From NCBI GenBank assembly GCA_964016885.1, contig OZ024741.1, positions 256,494,001 to 256,558,000 on the forward strand: DNA of 64,000 bases, written 5' to 3'. Made by a program: the position numbers and the translations under genes. Origin of the DNA: Eledone cirrhosa. Lineage: Eukaryota. The notes under the pieces are model-generated. The model ran no database searches, had not been told where the DNA came from, and saw only the letters and a program-made list of their open reading frames with translations. Position 1 is the stretch's first letter. Each line of letters begins with the position of its first letter. Below, in pieces: positions 35,615 to 48,849 of the stretch.

Positions 35615-37029
35615 CTGTCAGTGCCTGTGTTGTTGTTGTTGCTGTTTTCTGTGTCAGTGCCAGTGTTGTTGTAGTTGTTGCTGTTTTCTGTGTCAGTGCC
35701 AGTGTTGTTGTAGTTGTTGCTGTTTTCTGTGTCAGTGCCAGTGTTGTTGTAGTTGTTGCTGTTTTCTCTGTCAGTGCCAGTGTTGTTGTAGTTGTTGCTG
35801 TTTTCTCTGTCAGTGCCGGTGTTGTTGTAGTTGTTGCTGTTTTCTGTGTCAGTGCCAGTGTTGTTGTAATTGTTGCTGTTTTCTCTGTCAGTGACAGTGT
35901 TGTTGTTGTTGTTGCTGTTTTGTCTGTCAGTGCCAGTGTTGTAGTTGTTGCTGTTTTCTCTGTCAGTGCCAGTGTTGTTGTCGTTGTTGCTGTTTTCTGT
36001 GTCAGTGCCAGTGTTGTTGTTGTTGCTGTTTTCTGTGTCAGTGCCAGTGTTGTTGCTGTTGCTGTTTTCTCTGTCAGTGCCAGTGATGTTGTAGTTGTTG
36101 CTGTTTTCTGTGTTAGTGCCAGTGTTGTTGTAGTTGTTGCTGTTTTCTGTGTCAGTGCCAGTGTTGTTGCTGTTGCTGTTTTCTCTGTCAGTGCCAGTGT
36201 TGTTGTAGTTGTTGCTGCTTTCTCTGTCAGTGCCAGTGTTGTTGTAGTTGTTTCTGTTTTCTGTGTCAGTGCCAGTGTTGTTGTTGTTTTTCTGTTTTCT
36301 CTGTCAGTGCCAGTGTTGTTGTAGTTGTTGCTGTTTTCTGTGTCAGTGCCGCTGTTGTTGTTGCTGTTTTCTGTGTCTGTGCCAGTGTTGTTGTTGTTGC
36401 TGTTTTCTCTGTCAGTGCCAGTGTTGTTGTAGTTGTTGCTGTTTTCTCTGTCAGTGCCAGTGTTGTTGTAGTTGTTGCTGTTTTCTGTGTCAGTGCCAGT
36501 GTTTTTGTTGTTGCTGTTTTCTCTGTCAGTGCCAGTGTTGTTGTAGTTGTTGCTGTTTTCTCTGTCAGTGCCAGTGTTGTTGTAATTGTTGCTGTTTTCT
36601 GTGTCAGTGCCAGTGTTGTTGCTGTTGTTGCTGTTTTCTGTGTCAGTGCCAGTGTTGTTGTTGTTGGTGTTTTCTGTGTCAGTGCCAGTGTTGTTGTTGC
36701 TATTTTCACTGTCAGTGCCAGTGTTGTTGTAGTTGTTGCTGTTTTCTGTGTCAGTGCCAGTGTTGTTGTTGTTGCTGTTTTCTGTGTCAGTGCCAGTGTT
36801 GTTGTAGTTGTTGCTGTTTACTGTGTCAGTGCCAGTGTTGTTGTAGTTGTTGCTGTTTTCTCTGTCAGTGCCAGTGTTGTTGTAGTTGTTGCTGTTTTCT
36901 CTGTCAGTGCCAGTGTTGTTGTAGTTGTTGCTGTTTTCTGTGTCAGTGCCAGTGTTGTTGTTGTTGTTGTTTTCTCTGTCAGTGCCAGTGTTGTTGTAGT
37001 TGTTGCTGTTTTCTCTGTCAGTGCCAGTG

Positions 37030-40000
37030 TTGTTGTAGTTGTTGCTGTTTTCTGTGTCAGTGCCAGTGTTGTTGTAGTTGTTGCTGTTTTCTCTGTCAGT
37101 GCCAGTGTTGTTGTTGTTGTTGCTGTTTTCTCTGTCAGTGCCAGTGTTGTAGTTGTTGCTGTTTTCTCTGTCAGTGCCAGTGTTGTTGTAGTTGTTGCTG
37201 TTTTCTGTGTCAGTGCCACTGTTGTTGTTGCTGTTTTCTGTGTCTGTGCCAGTGTTGTTGTTGTTGCTGTTTTCTCTGTCAGTGCCAGTGTTGTTGTTGT
37301 TGCTGTTTTCTGTGTCAGTGCCAGTGTTGTTGTAGTTGTTGCTGTTTTCTGTGTCAGTGCCAGTGTTGTTGTAGTTGTTGCTGTTTTCTCTGTCAGTGCC
37401 AGTGTTGTTGTAGTTGTTGCTGTTTTCTCTGTCAGTGCCAGTGTTGTTGTAGTTGTTGCTGTTTTCTGTGTCAGTGCCAGTGTTTTTGTTGTTGCTGTTT
37501 TCTCTGTCAGTGCCAGTGTTGTTGTAGTTGTTGCTGTTTTCTCTGTCAGTGCCAGTGTTGTTGTAATTGTTGCTGTTTTCTGTGTCAGTGCCAGTGTTGT
37601 TGCTGTTGTTGCTGTTTTCTGTGTCAGTGCCAGTGTTGTTCTGGTTGCTGTTTTCTGTGTCAGTGCCAGTGTTGTTTTTGCTATTTTCACTGTCAGTGCC
37701 AGTGTTGTTGTAGTTGTTGCTGTTTTCTGTGTCAGTGCCAGTGTTGTTGTTGTTGTTGCTGTGTTCTCTGTCAGTGCCAGTGTTGTTATAGCTGTTGCTG
37801 TTTTCTGTGTCAGTGCCAGTGTTGTTGTAGTTGTTGCTGTTTACTGTGTCAGTGCCAGTGTTGTTGTAGTTGTTGCTGTTTTCTCTGTTAGTGCCAGTGT
37901 TGTTGTAGTTGTTGCTGTTTTCTCTGTCAGTGCCAGTGTTGTTGTAGTTGTTGCTGTTTTCTGTGTCAGTGCCAGTGTTGTTGTTGTTGCTGTTTTCTCT
38001 GTCAGTGCCAGTGTTGTTGTAGTTGTTGCTGTTTTCTCTGTCAGTGCCAGTGTTGTTGTAGTTGTTGCTGTTTTTTGTGTCAGTGCCAGTGTTGTTGTAG
38101 TTGTTGCTGTTTTCTCTGTCAGTGCCAGTGTTGTAGTTGTTGCTGTTTTCTCTGTCAGTGCCAGTGTTGTTGTAGTTGTTGCTGTTTTCTGTGTCAGTGC
38201 CAGTGTTGTTGTTGTTGCTGTTTTCTGTGTCAGTGCCAGTGTTGTTGTTGTTGCTATTTTCACTGTCAGTGCCAGTGTTGTTGCTGTTGCTGTTTTCTCT
38301 GTCAGTGCCAGTGATGTTGTAGTTGTTGCTGTTTTCTGTGTTAGTGCCAGTGTTGTTGTAGTTGTTGCTGTTTTCTGTGTCAGTGCCAGTGTTGTTGCTG
38401 TTGCTGTTTTCTCTGTCAGTGCCAGTGTTGTTGTAGTTGTTGCTGCTTTCTCTGTCAGTGCCAGTGTTGTTGTAGTTGTTGCTGTTTTCTGTGTCAGTGC
38501 CAGTGTTGTTGTAGTTTTTGCTGTTTTCTGTGTCAGTGCCAGTGTTGTTGTTGCTGTTTTCTGTGTCAGTGCCAGTGTTGTTGTTGTTGCTGTTTTCTCT
38601 GTCAGTGCCAGTGTTGTTGCTGTTGCTATTTTCACTGTCAGTGCCAGTGTTGTTGTAGTTGTTGCTGTTTTCTGTGTCAGTGCCAGTGTTGTTGTTGCTG
38701 TTTTCTCTGTCAGTGCCAGTGTTGTTGTAGTTGTAGTTGTTGCTGTTTTCTCTGTCAGTGCCAGTGTTGTTGTAGTTGTTGCTGTTTTTTGTGTCAGTGC
38801 CAGTGTTGTTGTAGTTGTTGCTGTTTTCTCTGTCAGTGCCAGTGTTGTTGTTGTTGTTCCTGTTTTCTCTGTCAGTGCCAGTGTTGTAGTTGTTGCTGTT
38901 TTCTCTGTCAGTGCCAGTGTTGTTGTAGTTGTTGCTGTTTTCTGTGTCAGTGCCAGTGTTGTTGTTGTTGCTGTTTTCTGTGTCAGTGCCAGTGTTGTTG
39001 TTGTTGCTATTTTCACTGTCAGTGCCAGTGTTGTTGCTGTTGCTGTTTTCTCTGTCAGTGCCAGTGATGTTGTAGTTGTTGCTGTTTTCTGTGTCAGTGC
39101 CAGTGTTGTTGCTGTTGCTGTTTTCTCTGTCAGTGCCAGTGTTGTTGTAGTTGTTGCTGCTTTCTCTGTCAGTGCCAGTGTTGTTGTAGTTGTTTCTGTT
39201 TTCTGTGTCAGTGCCAGTGTTGTTGTTGTTGCTGTTTTCTCTGTCAGTGCCAGTGTTGTTGTAGTTGTTGCTGTTTTCTGTGTCAGTGCCACTGTTGTTG
39301 TTGCTGTTTTCTGTGTCTGTGCCAGTGTTGTTGTTGTTGCTGTTTTCTCTGTCAGTGCCAGTGTTGTTGTTGCTGTTTTCTCTGTCAGTGCCAGTGTTGT
39401 TGTTGTTGCTGTTTTCTGTGTCAGTGCCAGTGTTGTTGTAGTTGTTGCTGTTTTCTGTGTCAGTGCCAGTGTTGTTGTAGTTGTTGCTGTTTTCTCTGTC
39501 AGTGCCAGTGTTGTTGTAGTTGTTGCTGTTTTCTCTGTCAGTGCCAGTGTTGTTGTAGTTGTTGCTGTTTTCTGTGTCAGTGCCAGTGTTTTTGTTGTTG
39601 CTGTTTTCTCTGTCAGTGCCAGTGTTGTTGTAGTTGTTGCTGTTTTCTCTGTCAGTGCCAGTGTTGTTGTAGTTGTTGCTGTTTTCTCTGTCAGTGCCAG
39701 TGTTGTTGTAGTTGTTGCTGTTTTTTGTGTCAGTGCCAGTGTTGTTGTAGTTGTTGCTGTTTTCTCTGTCAGTGCCAGTGTTGTTGTTGTTGTTGCTGTT
39801 TTCTCTGTCAGTGCCAGTGTTGTAGTTGTTGCTGTTTTCTCTGTCAGTGCCAGTGTTGTTGTAGTTGTTGCTGTTTTCTGTGTCAGTGCCAGTGTTGTTG
39901 TTGTTGCTGTTTTCTGTGTCAGTGCCAGTGTTGTTGTTGTTGCTATTTTCACTGTCAGTGCCAGTGTTGTTGCTGTTGCTGTTTTCTCTGTCAGTGCCAG

Positions 40001-43000
40001 TGATGTTGTAGTTGTTGCTGTTTGTGTGTTAGTGCCAGTGTTGTTGTAGTTGTTGCTGTTTTCTGTGTCAGTGCCAGTGTTGTTGCTGTTGCTGTTTTCT
40101 CTGTCAGTGCCAGTGTTGTTGTAGTTGTTGCTGCTTTCTCTGTCAGTGCCAGTGTTGTTGTAGTTGTTGCTGTTTTCTGTGTCAGTGCCAGTGTTGTTGT
40201 TGTTGCTGTTTTCTTTGTCAGTCCCAGTGTTGTTGTTGTTACTGTTGCTGTTTTCTGTGTCAGTTCCAGTGTTGCTGTTGCTGTTTTCTGTGCCAGTGCC
40301 AGTGTTATTGTTGCTGTTGTTGCTGTGTTCTGTGTCAGTGCCACGGTTGTTGTTGCTGTTGTTGCTGTTTTCTGTGTCAGTGCCAGTGTTGTTGTTGCTG
40401 TTTTCTGTGTCAGTGCCAGTGTTGTTGTTGCTGTTGTTGCTGTTTTCCGTGCCAGTGTCGGTGTTGTTGTTGTTGCTGTTTTCTCTGTCAGTGCCAGTGT
40501 TGTTGTTGTTGCTGTTTTCTCTGTCAGTGCCAGTGTTGTTGTTGTTGCTGTTTTCTGTGTCAGTGCCAGTGTTGTTGTAGTTGTTGCTGTTTTCTGTGTC
40601 AGTGCCAGTGTTGTTGTAGTTGTTGCTGTTTTCTGTGTCAGTGCCAGTGTTGTTGTAGTTGTTGCTGTTTTCTCTGTCAGTGCCAGTATTGTTGTAGTTG
40701 TTGCTGTTTTCTCTGTCAGTGCCAGTGTTGTTGTAGTTGTTGCTGTTTTCTGTGTCAATGCCAGTGTTGTTGTTGTTGCTGTTTTCTCTGTCAGTGCCAG
40801 TGTTGTAGTTGTTGCTGTTTTCTCTGTCAGTGCCAGTGTTGTTGTAGTTGTTGCTCTTTTCTGTGTCAGTGCCAGTGTTGTTGCTGTTGTTGCTATTTTC
40901 TGTGTCAGTGCCAGTGTTGTTGTTGTTGCTGTTTTCTCTGTCAGTGCCAGTGTTTTTGTTGTTGCTGTTTTCTGTGTCAGTGCCAGTGTTGTTCTAGTTG
41001 TTGCTGTTTTCTGTGTCAGTGCCAGTGTTGTTGTAGTTGTTGATGTTTTCTCTGTCAGTGCCTGTGTTGTTGTAGTTGTTGCTGTTTTCTCTGTCAGTGC
41101 CAGTGTTGTTGTAGTTGTTGCTGTTTTCTGTGTCAGTGCCAGTGTTGTTGTTGTTGCTGTTTTCTCTGTCAGTGCCAGTGTTGTTGTAGTTATTGCTGTT
41201 GTCTGTGTCAGTGCCACTGTTGTTGTTGCTGTTTTCTGTGTCAGTGCCAGTGTTGTTGTTGTTGCTGTTTTCTCTGTCAGTGCCAGTGTTGTTGTTGCTG
41301 TTTTCTCTGTCAGTGCCAGTGTTGTTGTTGCTGTTTTCTGTGTCACTGCCATTGTTATTGCTGTTGTTGCTGTTTTCTCTGTCAGTGCCAGTGTTGTTGT
41401 TGCTGTTGTTGCTGTTGCTGTTTTCTCTGTCAGTGCCAGTGTTGTTGTAGTTGTTGCTGTTTTCTCTGTCAGTGCCAGTGTTGTAGTTGTTGCTGTTTTC
41501 TGTGTCAGTGCCAGCGTTGTTGTTGTTGCTGTTTTCTCTGTCAGTGCCAGTGTTGTTGTAGTTGTTGCTGTTTTCTCTGTCAGTGCCAGTGTTGTTGTAG
41601 TTGTTGCTGTTTTCTGTGTCAGTGCCAGTGTTGTTGTTGTTGCTGTTTTCTCTGTCAGTGCCAGTGTTGTTGTAGTTGTTGCTGTTTTCTGTGTCAGTGC
41701 CAGTGTTGTTGTAGTTGTTGCCGTTTTCTCTGTCAGTGCCAGTGTTGTTGTAGTTGTTGCTGTTTTCTGTGTCAGTGCCAGTGTTGTTGTTGCTGTTTTC
41801 TCTGTCAGTGCCAGTGTTGTTGTAGTTGTTGCTGTTTTCTCTGTCAGTGCCAGTTTTGTTGTAGTTTTTGCTGTTTTCTGTGTCAGTGCCAGTGTTGTTG
41901 TAGTTGTTGCTGTTTTCTTTGTCAGTGGCAGTGTTGTTGTTGTTGCTGTTTTCTCTGTCAGTGCCAGTGTTGTAGTTGTTGCTGTTTTCTCTGTCAGTGC
42001 CAGTGTTGTTGTTGTTGTTGCTGTTTTCTCTGTCAGTGCCAGTGTTGTTGTTGTTGCTATTTTCACTGTCAGTGCCAGTGTTGTTGTTGTTGCTATTTTC
42101 ACTGTCAGTGCCAGTGTTGTTGTTGTTACTGTTGCTGTTTTCTGTGTCAGTGCCAGTGTTGTTGTTGTTACTGTTGCTGTTTCCTGTGCCACTGCCAGTG
42201 TTATTGTTGCTGTTGTTGCTGTTTTGTCTGTCAGTGCCAGTGTTGTAGTTGTTGCTGTTTTCTGTGTCAGTGCCAGTGTTGTTGTAGTTGTTGCTGTTTT
42301 CTGTGTCAGTGCCAGTGTTGTTGTTGTTCCTGTTTTCTGTGTCAGTGCCAGTGTTGTTGTTGTTGTTGTTTTCTCTGTCAGTGCCAGTGTTGTTGTTGTT
42401 GCTATTTTCACTGTCAGTGCCAGTGTTGTTGCTGTTGCTGTTTTCTCTGTCAGTGCCAGTGATGTTGTAGTTGTTGCTGTTTTCTGTGTTAGTGCCAGTG
42501 TTGTTGTAGTTGTTGCTGTTTTCTATGTCAGTGCCAGTGTTGTTGTTGTTGCTGTTTTCTCTGTCAGTGCCAGTGTTGTTGTAGTTGTTGCTGTTTTCTC
42601 TGTCAGTGCCAGTGTTGTTGTAGTTGTTGCTGTTTTTTGTGTCAGTGCCAGTGTTGTTGTAGTTGTTGCTGTTTTCTCTGTCAATGCCAGTGTTGTTGTT
42701 GTTGTTGCTGTTTTCTCTGTCAGTGCCAGTGTTGTAGTTGTTGCTGTTTTCTCTGTCAGTGCCAGTGTTGTTGTAGTTGTTGCTGTTTTCTGTGTCAGTG
42801 CCAGTGTTGTTGTTGTTGCTGTTTTCTGTGTCAGTGCCAGTGTTGTTGTTGTTGCTATTTTCACTGTCAGTGCCAGTGTTGTTGCTGTTGCTGTTTTCTC
42901 TGTCAGTGCCAGTGATGTTGTAGTTGTTGCTGTTTTCTGTGTTAGTGCCAGTGTTGTTGTAGTTGTTGCTGTTTTCTGTGTCAGTGCCAGTGTTGTTGCT

Positions 43001-46000
43001 GTTGCTGTTTTCTCTGTCAGTGCCAGTGTTGTAGTTGTTGCTGCTTTCTCTGTCAGTGCCAGTGTTGTTGTAGTTGTTGCTGTTTTCTGTGTCAGTGCCA
43101 GTGTTGTTGTAGTTGTTGCTGTTTTCTCTGTCAGTGCCAGTGTTGTTGTTGTTGTTGCTGTTTTCTCTGTCAGTGCCTGTGTTGTAGTTGTTGCTGTTTT
43201 CTCTGTCAGTGCCAGTGTTGTTGTAGTTGTTGCTGTTTTCTGTGTCAGTGCCACTGTTGTTGTTGCTGTTTTCTGTGTCTGTGCCAGTGTTGTTGTTGTT
43301 GCTGTTTTCTCTGTCAGTGCCAGTGTTGTTGTTGTTGCTGTTTTCTGTGTCAGTGCCAGTGTTGTTGTAGTTGTTGCTGTTTTCTGTGTCAGTGCCAGTG
43401 TTGTTGTAGTTGTTGCTGTTTTCTCTGTCAGTGCCAGTGTTGTTGTAGTTGTTGCTGTTTTCTCTGTCAGTGCCAGTGTTGTTGTAGTTGGTGCTGTTTT
43501 CTGTGTCAGTGCCAGTGTTTTTGTTGTTGCTGTTTTCTCTGTCAGTGCCAGTGTTGTTGTAGTTGTTGCTGTTTTCTCTGTCAGTGCCAGTGTTGTTGTA
43601 ATTGTTGCTGTTTTCTGTGTCAGTGCCAGTGTTGTTGCTGTTGTTGCTGTTTTCTGTGTCAGTGCCAGTGTTGTTCTGGTTGCTGTTTTCTGTGTCAGTG
43701 CCAGTGTTGTTTTTGCTATTTTCACTGTCAGTGCCAGTGTTGTTGTAGTTGTTGCTGTTTTCTGTGTCAGTGCCAGTGTTGTTGTTGTTGTTGCTGTGTT
43801 CTCTGTCAGTGCCAGTGTTGTTGTAGCTGTTGCTGTTTTCTGTGTCAGTGCCAGTGTTGTTGTAGTTGTTGCTGTTTACTGTGTCAGTGCCAGTGTTGTT
43901 GTAGTTGTTGCTGTTTTCTCTGTCAGTGCCAGTGTTGTTGTAGTTGTTGCTGTTTTCTCTGTCAGTGCCAGTGTTGTTGTAGTTGTTGCTGTTTTCTGTG
44001 TCAGTGCCAGTGTTGTTGTTGTTGCTGTTTTCTCTGTCAGTGCCAGTGTTGTTGTAGTTGTTGCTGTTTTCTCTGTCAGTGCCAGTGTTGTTGTAGTTGT
44101 TGCTGTTTTTTGTGTCAGTGCCAGTGTTGTTGTAGTTGTTGCTGTTTTCTCTGTCAGTGCCAGTGTTGTAGTTGTTGCTGTTTTCTCTGTCAGTGCCAGT
44201 GTTGTTGTAGTTGTTGCTGTTTTCTGTGTCAGTGCCAGTGTTGTTGTTGTTGCTGTTTTCTGTGTCAGTGCCAGTGTTGTTGTTGTTGCTATTTTCACTG
44301 TCAGTGCCAGTGTTGTTGCTGTTGCTGTTTTCTCTGTCAGTGCCAGTGATGTTGTAGTTGTTGCTGTTTTCTGTGTTAGTGCCAGTGTTGTTGTAGTTGT
44401 TGCTGTTTTCTGTGTCAGTGCCAGTGTTGTTGCTGTTGCTGTTTTCTCTGTCAGTGCCAGTGTTGTTGTAGTTGTTGCTGCTTTCTCTGTCAGTGCCAGT
44501 GTTGTTGTAGTTGTTGCTGTTTTCTGTGTCAGTGCCAGTGTTGTTGTAGTTTTTGCTGTTTTCTGTGTCAGTGCCAGTGTTGTTGTTGCTGTTTTCTGTG
44601 TCAGTGCCAGTGTTGTTGTTGTTGCTGTTTTCTCTGTCAGTGCCAGTGTTGTTGCTGTTGCTATTTTCACTGTCAGTGCCAGTGTTGTTGTAGTTGTTGC
44701 TGTTTTCTGTGTCAGTGCCAGTGTTGTTGTTGCTGTTTTCTCTGTCAGTGCCAGTGTTGTTGTAGTTGTAGTTGTTGCTGTTTTCTCTGTCAGTGCCAGT
44801 GTTGTTGTAGTTGTTGCTGTTTTTTGTGTCAGTGCCAGTGTTGTTGTAGTTGTTGCTGTTTTCTCTGTCAGTGCCAGTGTCGTTGTTGTTGTTCCTGTTT
44901 TCTCTGTCAGTGCCAGTGTTGTAGTTGTTGCTGTTTTCTCTGTCAGTGCCAGTGTTGTTGTAGTTGTTGCTGTTTTCTGTGTCAGTGCCAGTGTTGTTGT
45001 TGTTGCTGTTTTCTGTGTCAGTGCCAGTGTTGTTGTTGTTGCTATTTTCACTGTCAGTGCCAGTGTTGTTGCTGTTGCTGTTTTCTCTGTCAGTGCCAGT
45101 GATGTTGTAGTTGTTGCTGTTTTCTGTGTCAGTGCCAGTGTTGTTGCTGTTGCTGTTTTCTCTGTCAGTGCCAGTGTTGTTGTAGTTGTTGCTGCTTTCT
45201 CTGTCAGTGCCAGTCTTGTTGTAGTTGTTTCTGTTTTCTGTGTCAGTGCCAGTGTTGTTGTTGTTGCTGTTTTCTCTGTCAGTGCCAGTGTTGTTGTAGT
45301 TGTTGCTGTTTTCTGTGTCAGTGCCACTGTTGTTGTTGCTGTTTTCTGTGTCTGTGCCAGTGTTGTTGTTGTTGCTGTTTTCTCTGTCAGTGCCAGTGTT
45401 GTTGTTGCTGTTTTCTCTGTCAGTGCCAGTGTTGTTGTTGTTGCTGTTTTCTGTGTCAGTGCCAGTGTTGTTGTAGTTGTTGCTGTTTTCTGTGTCAGTG
45501 CCAGTGTTGTTGTAGTTGTTGCTGTTTTCTCTGTCAGTGCCAGTGTTGTTGTAGTTGTTGCTGTTTTCTCTGTCAGTGCCAGTGTTGTTGTAGTTGTTGC
45601 TGTTTTCTGTGTCAGTGCCAGTGTTTTTGTTGTTGCTGTTTTCTCTGTCAGTGCCAGTGTTGTTGTAGTTGTTGCTGTTTTCTCTGTCAGTGCCAGTGTT
45701 GTTGTAGTTGTTGCTGTTTTCTCTGTCAGTGCCAGTGTTGTTGTAGTTGTTGCTGTTTTTTGTGTCAGTGCCAGTGTTGTTGTAGTTGTTGCTGTTTTCT
45801 CTGTCAGTGCCAGTGTTGTTGTTGTTGTTGCTGTTTTCTCTGTCAGTGCCAGTGTTGTAGTTGTTGCTGTTTTCTCTGTCAGTGCCAGTGTTGTTGTAGT
45901 TGTTGCTGTTTTCTGTGTCAGTGCCAGTGTTGTTGTTGTTGCTGTTTTCTGTGTCAGTGCCAGTGTTGTTGTTGTTGCTATTTTCACTGTCAGTGCCAGT

Positions 46001-46250
46001 GTTGTTGCTGTTGCTGTTTTCTCTGTCAGTGCCAGTGATGTTGTAGTTGTTGCTGTTTTCTGTGTTAGTGCCAGTGTTGTTGTAGTTGTTGCTGTTTTCT
46101 GTGTCAGTGCCAGTGTTGTTGCTGTTGCTGTTTTCTCTGTCAGTGCCAGTGTTGTTGTAGTTGTTGCTGCTTTCTCTGTCAGTGCCAGTGTTGTTGTAGT
46201 TGTTGCTGTTTTCTGTGTCAGTGCCAGTGTTGTTGTTGTTGCTGTTTTCT
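37030..46250. repeat. Duplication at offset 6035 (~37.0-40.2 kb repeated at ~43.1-46.2 kb), part of a ~6-kb higher-order unit
   Basis: ORF pairs 37841/43876, 38075/44110, 38789/44824 and 39725/45760. Rare variant gttctggtt at 37641/43676. Confidence 0.85.
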
Positions 46251-48849
46251 CTGTCAGTGCCAGTGTTGTTGTTGTTGCTGTTTTCTGTGTCAGTGCCAGT
46301 GTTGTTGTAGTTGTTGCTGTTTTCTGTCAGTGCCAGTGTTGTTGTAGTTGTTGCTGTTTTCTGTGTCAGTGCCAGTGTTGTTGTAGTTGTTGCTGTTTTC
46401 TCTGTCAGTGCCAGTATTGTTGTAGTTGTTGCTGTTTTCTCTGTCAGTGCAAGTGTTGTTGTAGTTGTTGCTGTTTTCTGTGTCAATGCCAGTGTTGTTG
46501 TTGTTGCTGTTTTCTCTGTCAGTGCCAGTGTTGTAGTTGTTGCTGTTTTCTCTGTCAGTGCCAGTGTTGTTGTAGTTGTTGCTCTTTTCTGTGTCAGTGC
46601 CAGTGTTGTTGCTGTTGTTGCTATTTTCTGTGTCAGTGCCAGTGTTGTTGTTGTTGCTGTTTTCTCTGTCAGTGCCAGTGTTTTTGTTGTTGCTGTTTTC
46701 TGTGTCAGTGCCAGTGTTGTTCTAGTTGTTGCTGTTTTCTGTGTCAGTGCCAGTGTTGTTGTAGTTGTTGATGTTTTCTCTGTCAGTGCCTGTGTTGTTG
46801 TAGTTGTTGCTGTTTTCTCTGTCAGTGCCAGTGTTGTTGTAGTTGTTGCTGTTTTCTGTGTCAGTGCCAGTGTTGTTGTTGTTGCTGTTTTCTCTGTCAG
46901 TGCCAGTGTTGTTGTAGTTATTGCTGTTGTCTGTGTCAGTGCCACTGTTGTTGTTGCTGTTTTCTGTGTCAGTGCCAGTGTTGTTGTTGTTGCTGTTTTC
47001 TCTGTCAGTGCCAGTGTTGTTGTTGCTGTTTTCTCTGTCAGTGCCAGTGTTGTTGTTGCTGTTTTCTGTGTCAGTGCCATTGTTATTGCTGTTGTTGCTG
47101 TTTTCTCTGTCAGTGCCAGTGTTGTTGTTGCTGTTGTTGCTGTTGCTGTTTTCTCTGTCAGTGCCAGTGTTGTTGTAGTTGTTGCTGTTTTCTCTGTCAG
47201 TGCCAGTGTTGTAGTTGTTGCTGTTTTCTGTGTCAGTGCCAGCGTTGTTGTTGTTGCTGTTTTCTCTGTCAGTGCCAGTGTTGTTGTAGTTGTTGCTGTT
47301 TTCTGTGTCAGTGCCAGTGTTGTTGTAGTTGTTGCCGTTTTCTCTGTCAGTGCCAGTGTTGTTGTAGTTGTTGCTGTTTTCTGTGTCAGTGCCAGTGTTG
47401 TTGTTGCTGTTTTCTCTGTCAGTGCCAGTGTTGTTGTAGTTGTTGCTGTTTTCTCTGTCAGTGCCAGTTTTGTTGTAGTTTTTGCTGTTTTCTGTGTCAG
47501 TGCCAGTGTTGTTGTAGTTGTTGCTGTTTTCTTTGTCAGTGGCAGTGTTGTTGTTGTTGCTGTTTTCTCTGTCAGTGCCAGTGTTGTAGTTGTTGCTGTT
47601 TTCTCTGTCAGTGCCAGTGTTGTTGTTGTTGTTGCTGTTTTCTCTGTCAGTGCCAGTGTTGTTGTTGTTGCTATTTTCACTGTCAGTGCCAGTGTTGTTG
47701 TTGTTGCTATTTTCACTGTCAGTGCCAGTGTTGTTGTTGTTACTGTTGCTGTTTTCTGTGTCAGTGCCAGTGTTGTTGTTGTTACTGTTGCTGTTTCCTG
47801 TGCCACTGCCAGTGTTATTGTTGCTGTTGTTGCTGTTTTGTCTGTCAGTGCCAGTGTTGTAGTTGTTGCTGTTTTCTGTGTCAGTGCCAGTGTTGTTGTA
47901 GTTGTTGCTGTTTTCTGTGTCAGTGCCAGTGTTGTTGTTGTTCCTGTTTTCTGTGTCAGTGCCAGTGTTGTTGTTGTTGCTGTTTTCTCTGTCAGTGCCA
48001 GTGTTGTTGTTGTTGCTATTTTCACTGTCAGTGCCAGTGTTGTTGCTGTTGCTGTTTTCTCTGTCAGTGCCAGTGATGTTGTAGTTGTTGCTGTTTTCTG
48101 TGTTAGTGCCAGTGTTGTTGTAGTTGTTGCTGTTTTCTGTGTCAGTGCCAGTGTTGTTGTTGTTGCTGTTTTCTCTGTCAGTGCCAGTGTTGTTGTAGTT
48201 GTTGCTGTTTTCTCTGTCAGTGCCAGTGTTGTTGTAGTTGTTGCTGTTTTTTGTGTCAGTGCCAGTGTTGTTGTAGTTGCTGTTTTCTGTGTCAGTGCCA
48301 GTGTTGTTGTTGTTGCTATTTTCACTGTCAGTGCCAGTGTTGTTGCTGTTGCTGTTTTCTCTGTCAGTGCCAGTGATGTTGTAGTTGTTGCTGTTTTCTG
48401 TGTTAGTGCCAGTGTTGTTGTAGTTGTTGCTGTTTTCTGTGTCAGTGCCAGTGTTGTTGCTGTTGCTGTTTTCTCTGTCAGTGCCAGTGTTGTAGTTGTT
48501 GCTGCTTTCTCTGTCAGTGCCAGTGTTGTTGTAGTTGTTTCTGTTTTCTGCGTCAGTGCCAGTGTTGTTGTTGTTGCTGTTTTCTCTGTCAGTGCCAGTG
48601 TTGTTGTAGTTGTTGCTGTTTTCTGTGTCAGTGCCACTGTTGTTGTTGCTGTTTTCTGTGTCTGTGCCAGTGTTGTTGTTGTTGCTGTTTTCTCTGTCAG
48701 TGCCAGTGTTGTTGTTGTTGCTGTTTTCTGTGTCACTGCGAGTGTTGTTGTAGTTGTTGCTGTTTTCTGTGTCAGTGCCACTGTTGTTGTAGTTGTTGCT
48801 GTTTTCTCTGTCAGTGCCAGTGTTGTTGTAGTTGTTGCTGTTTTCTCTG

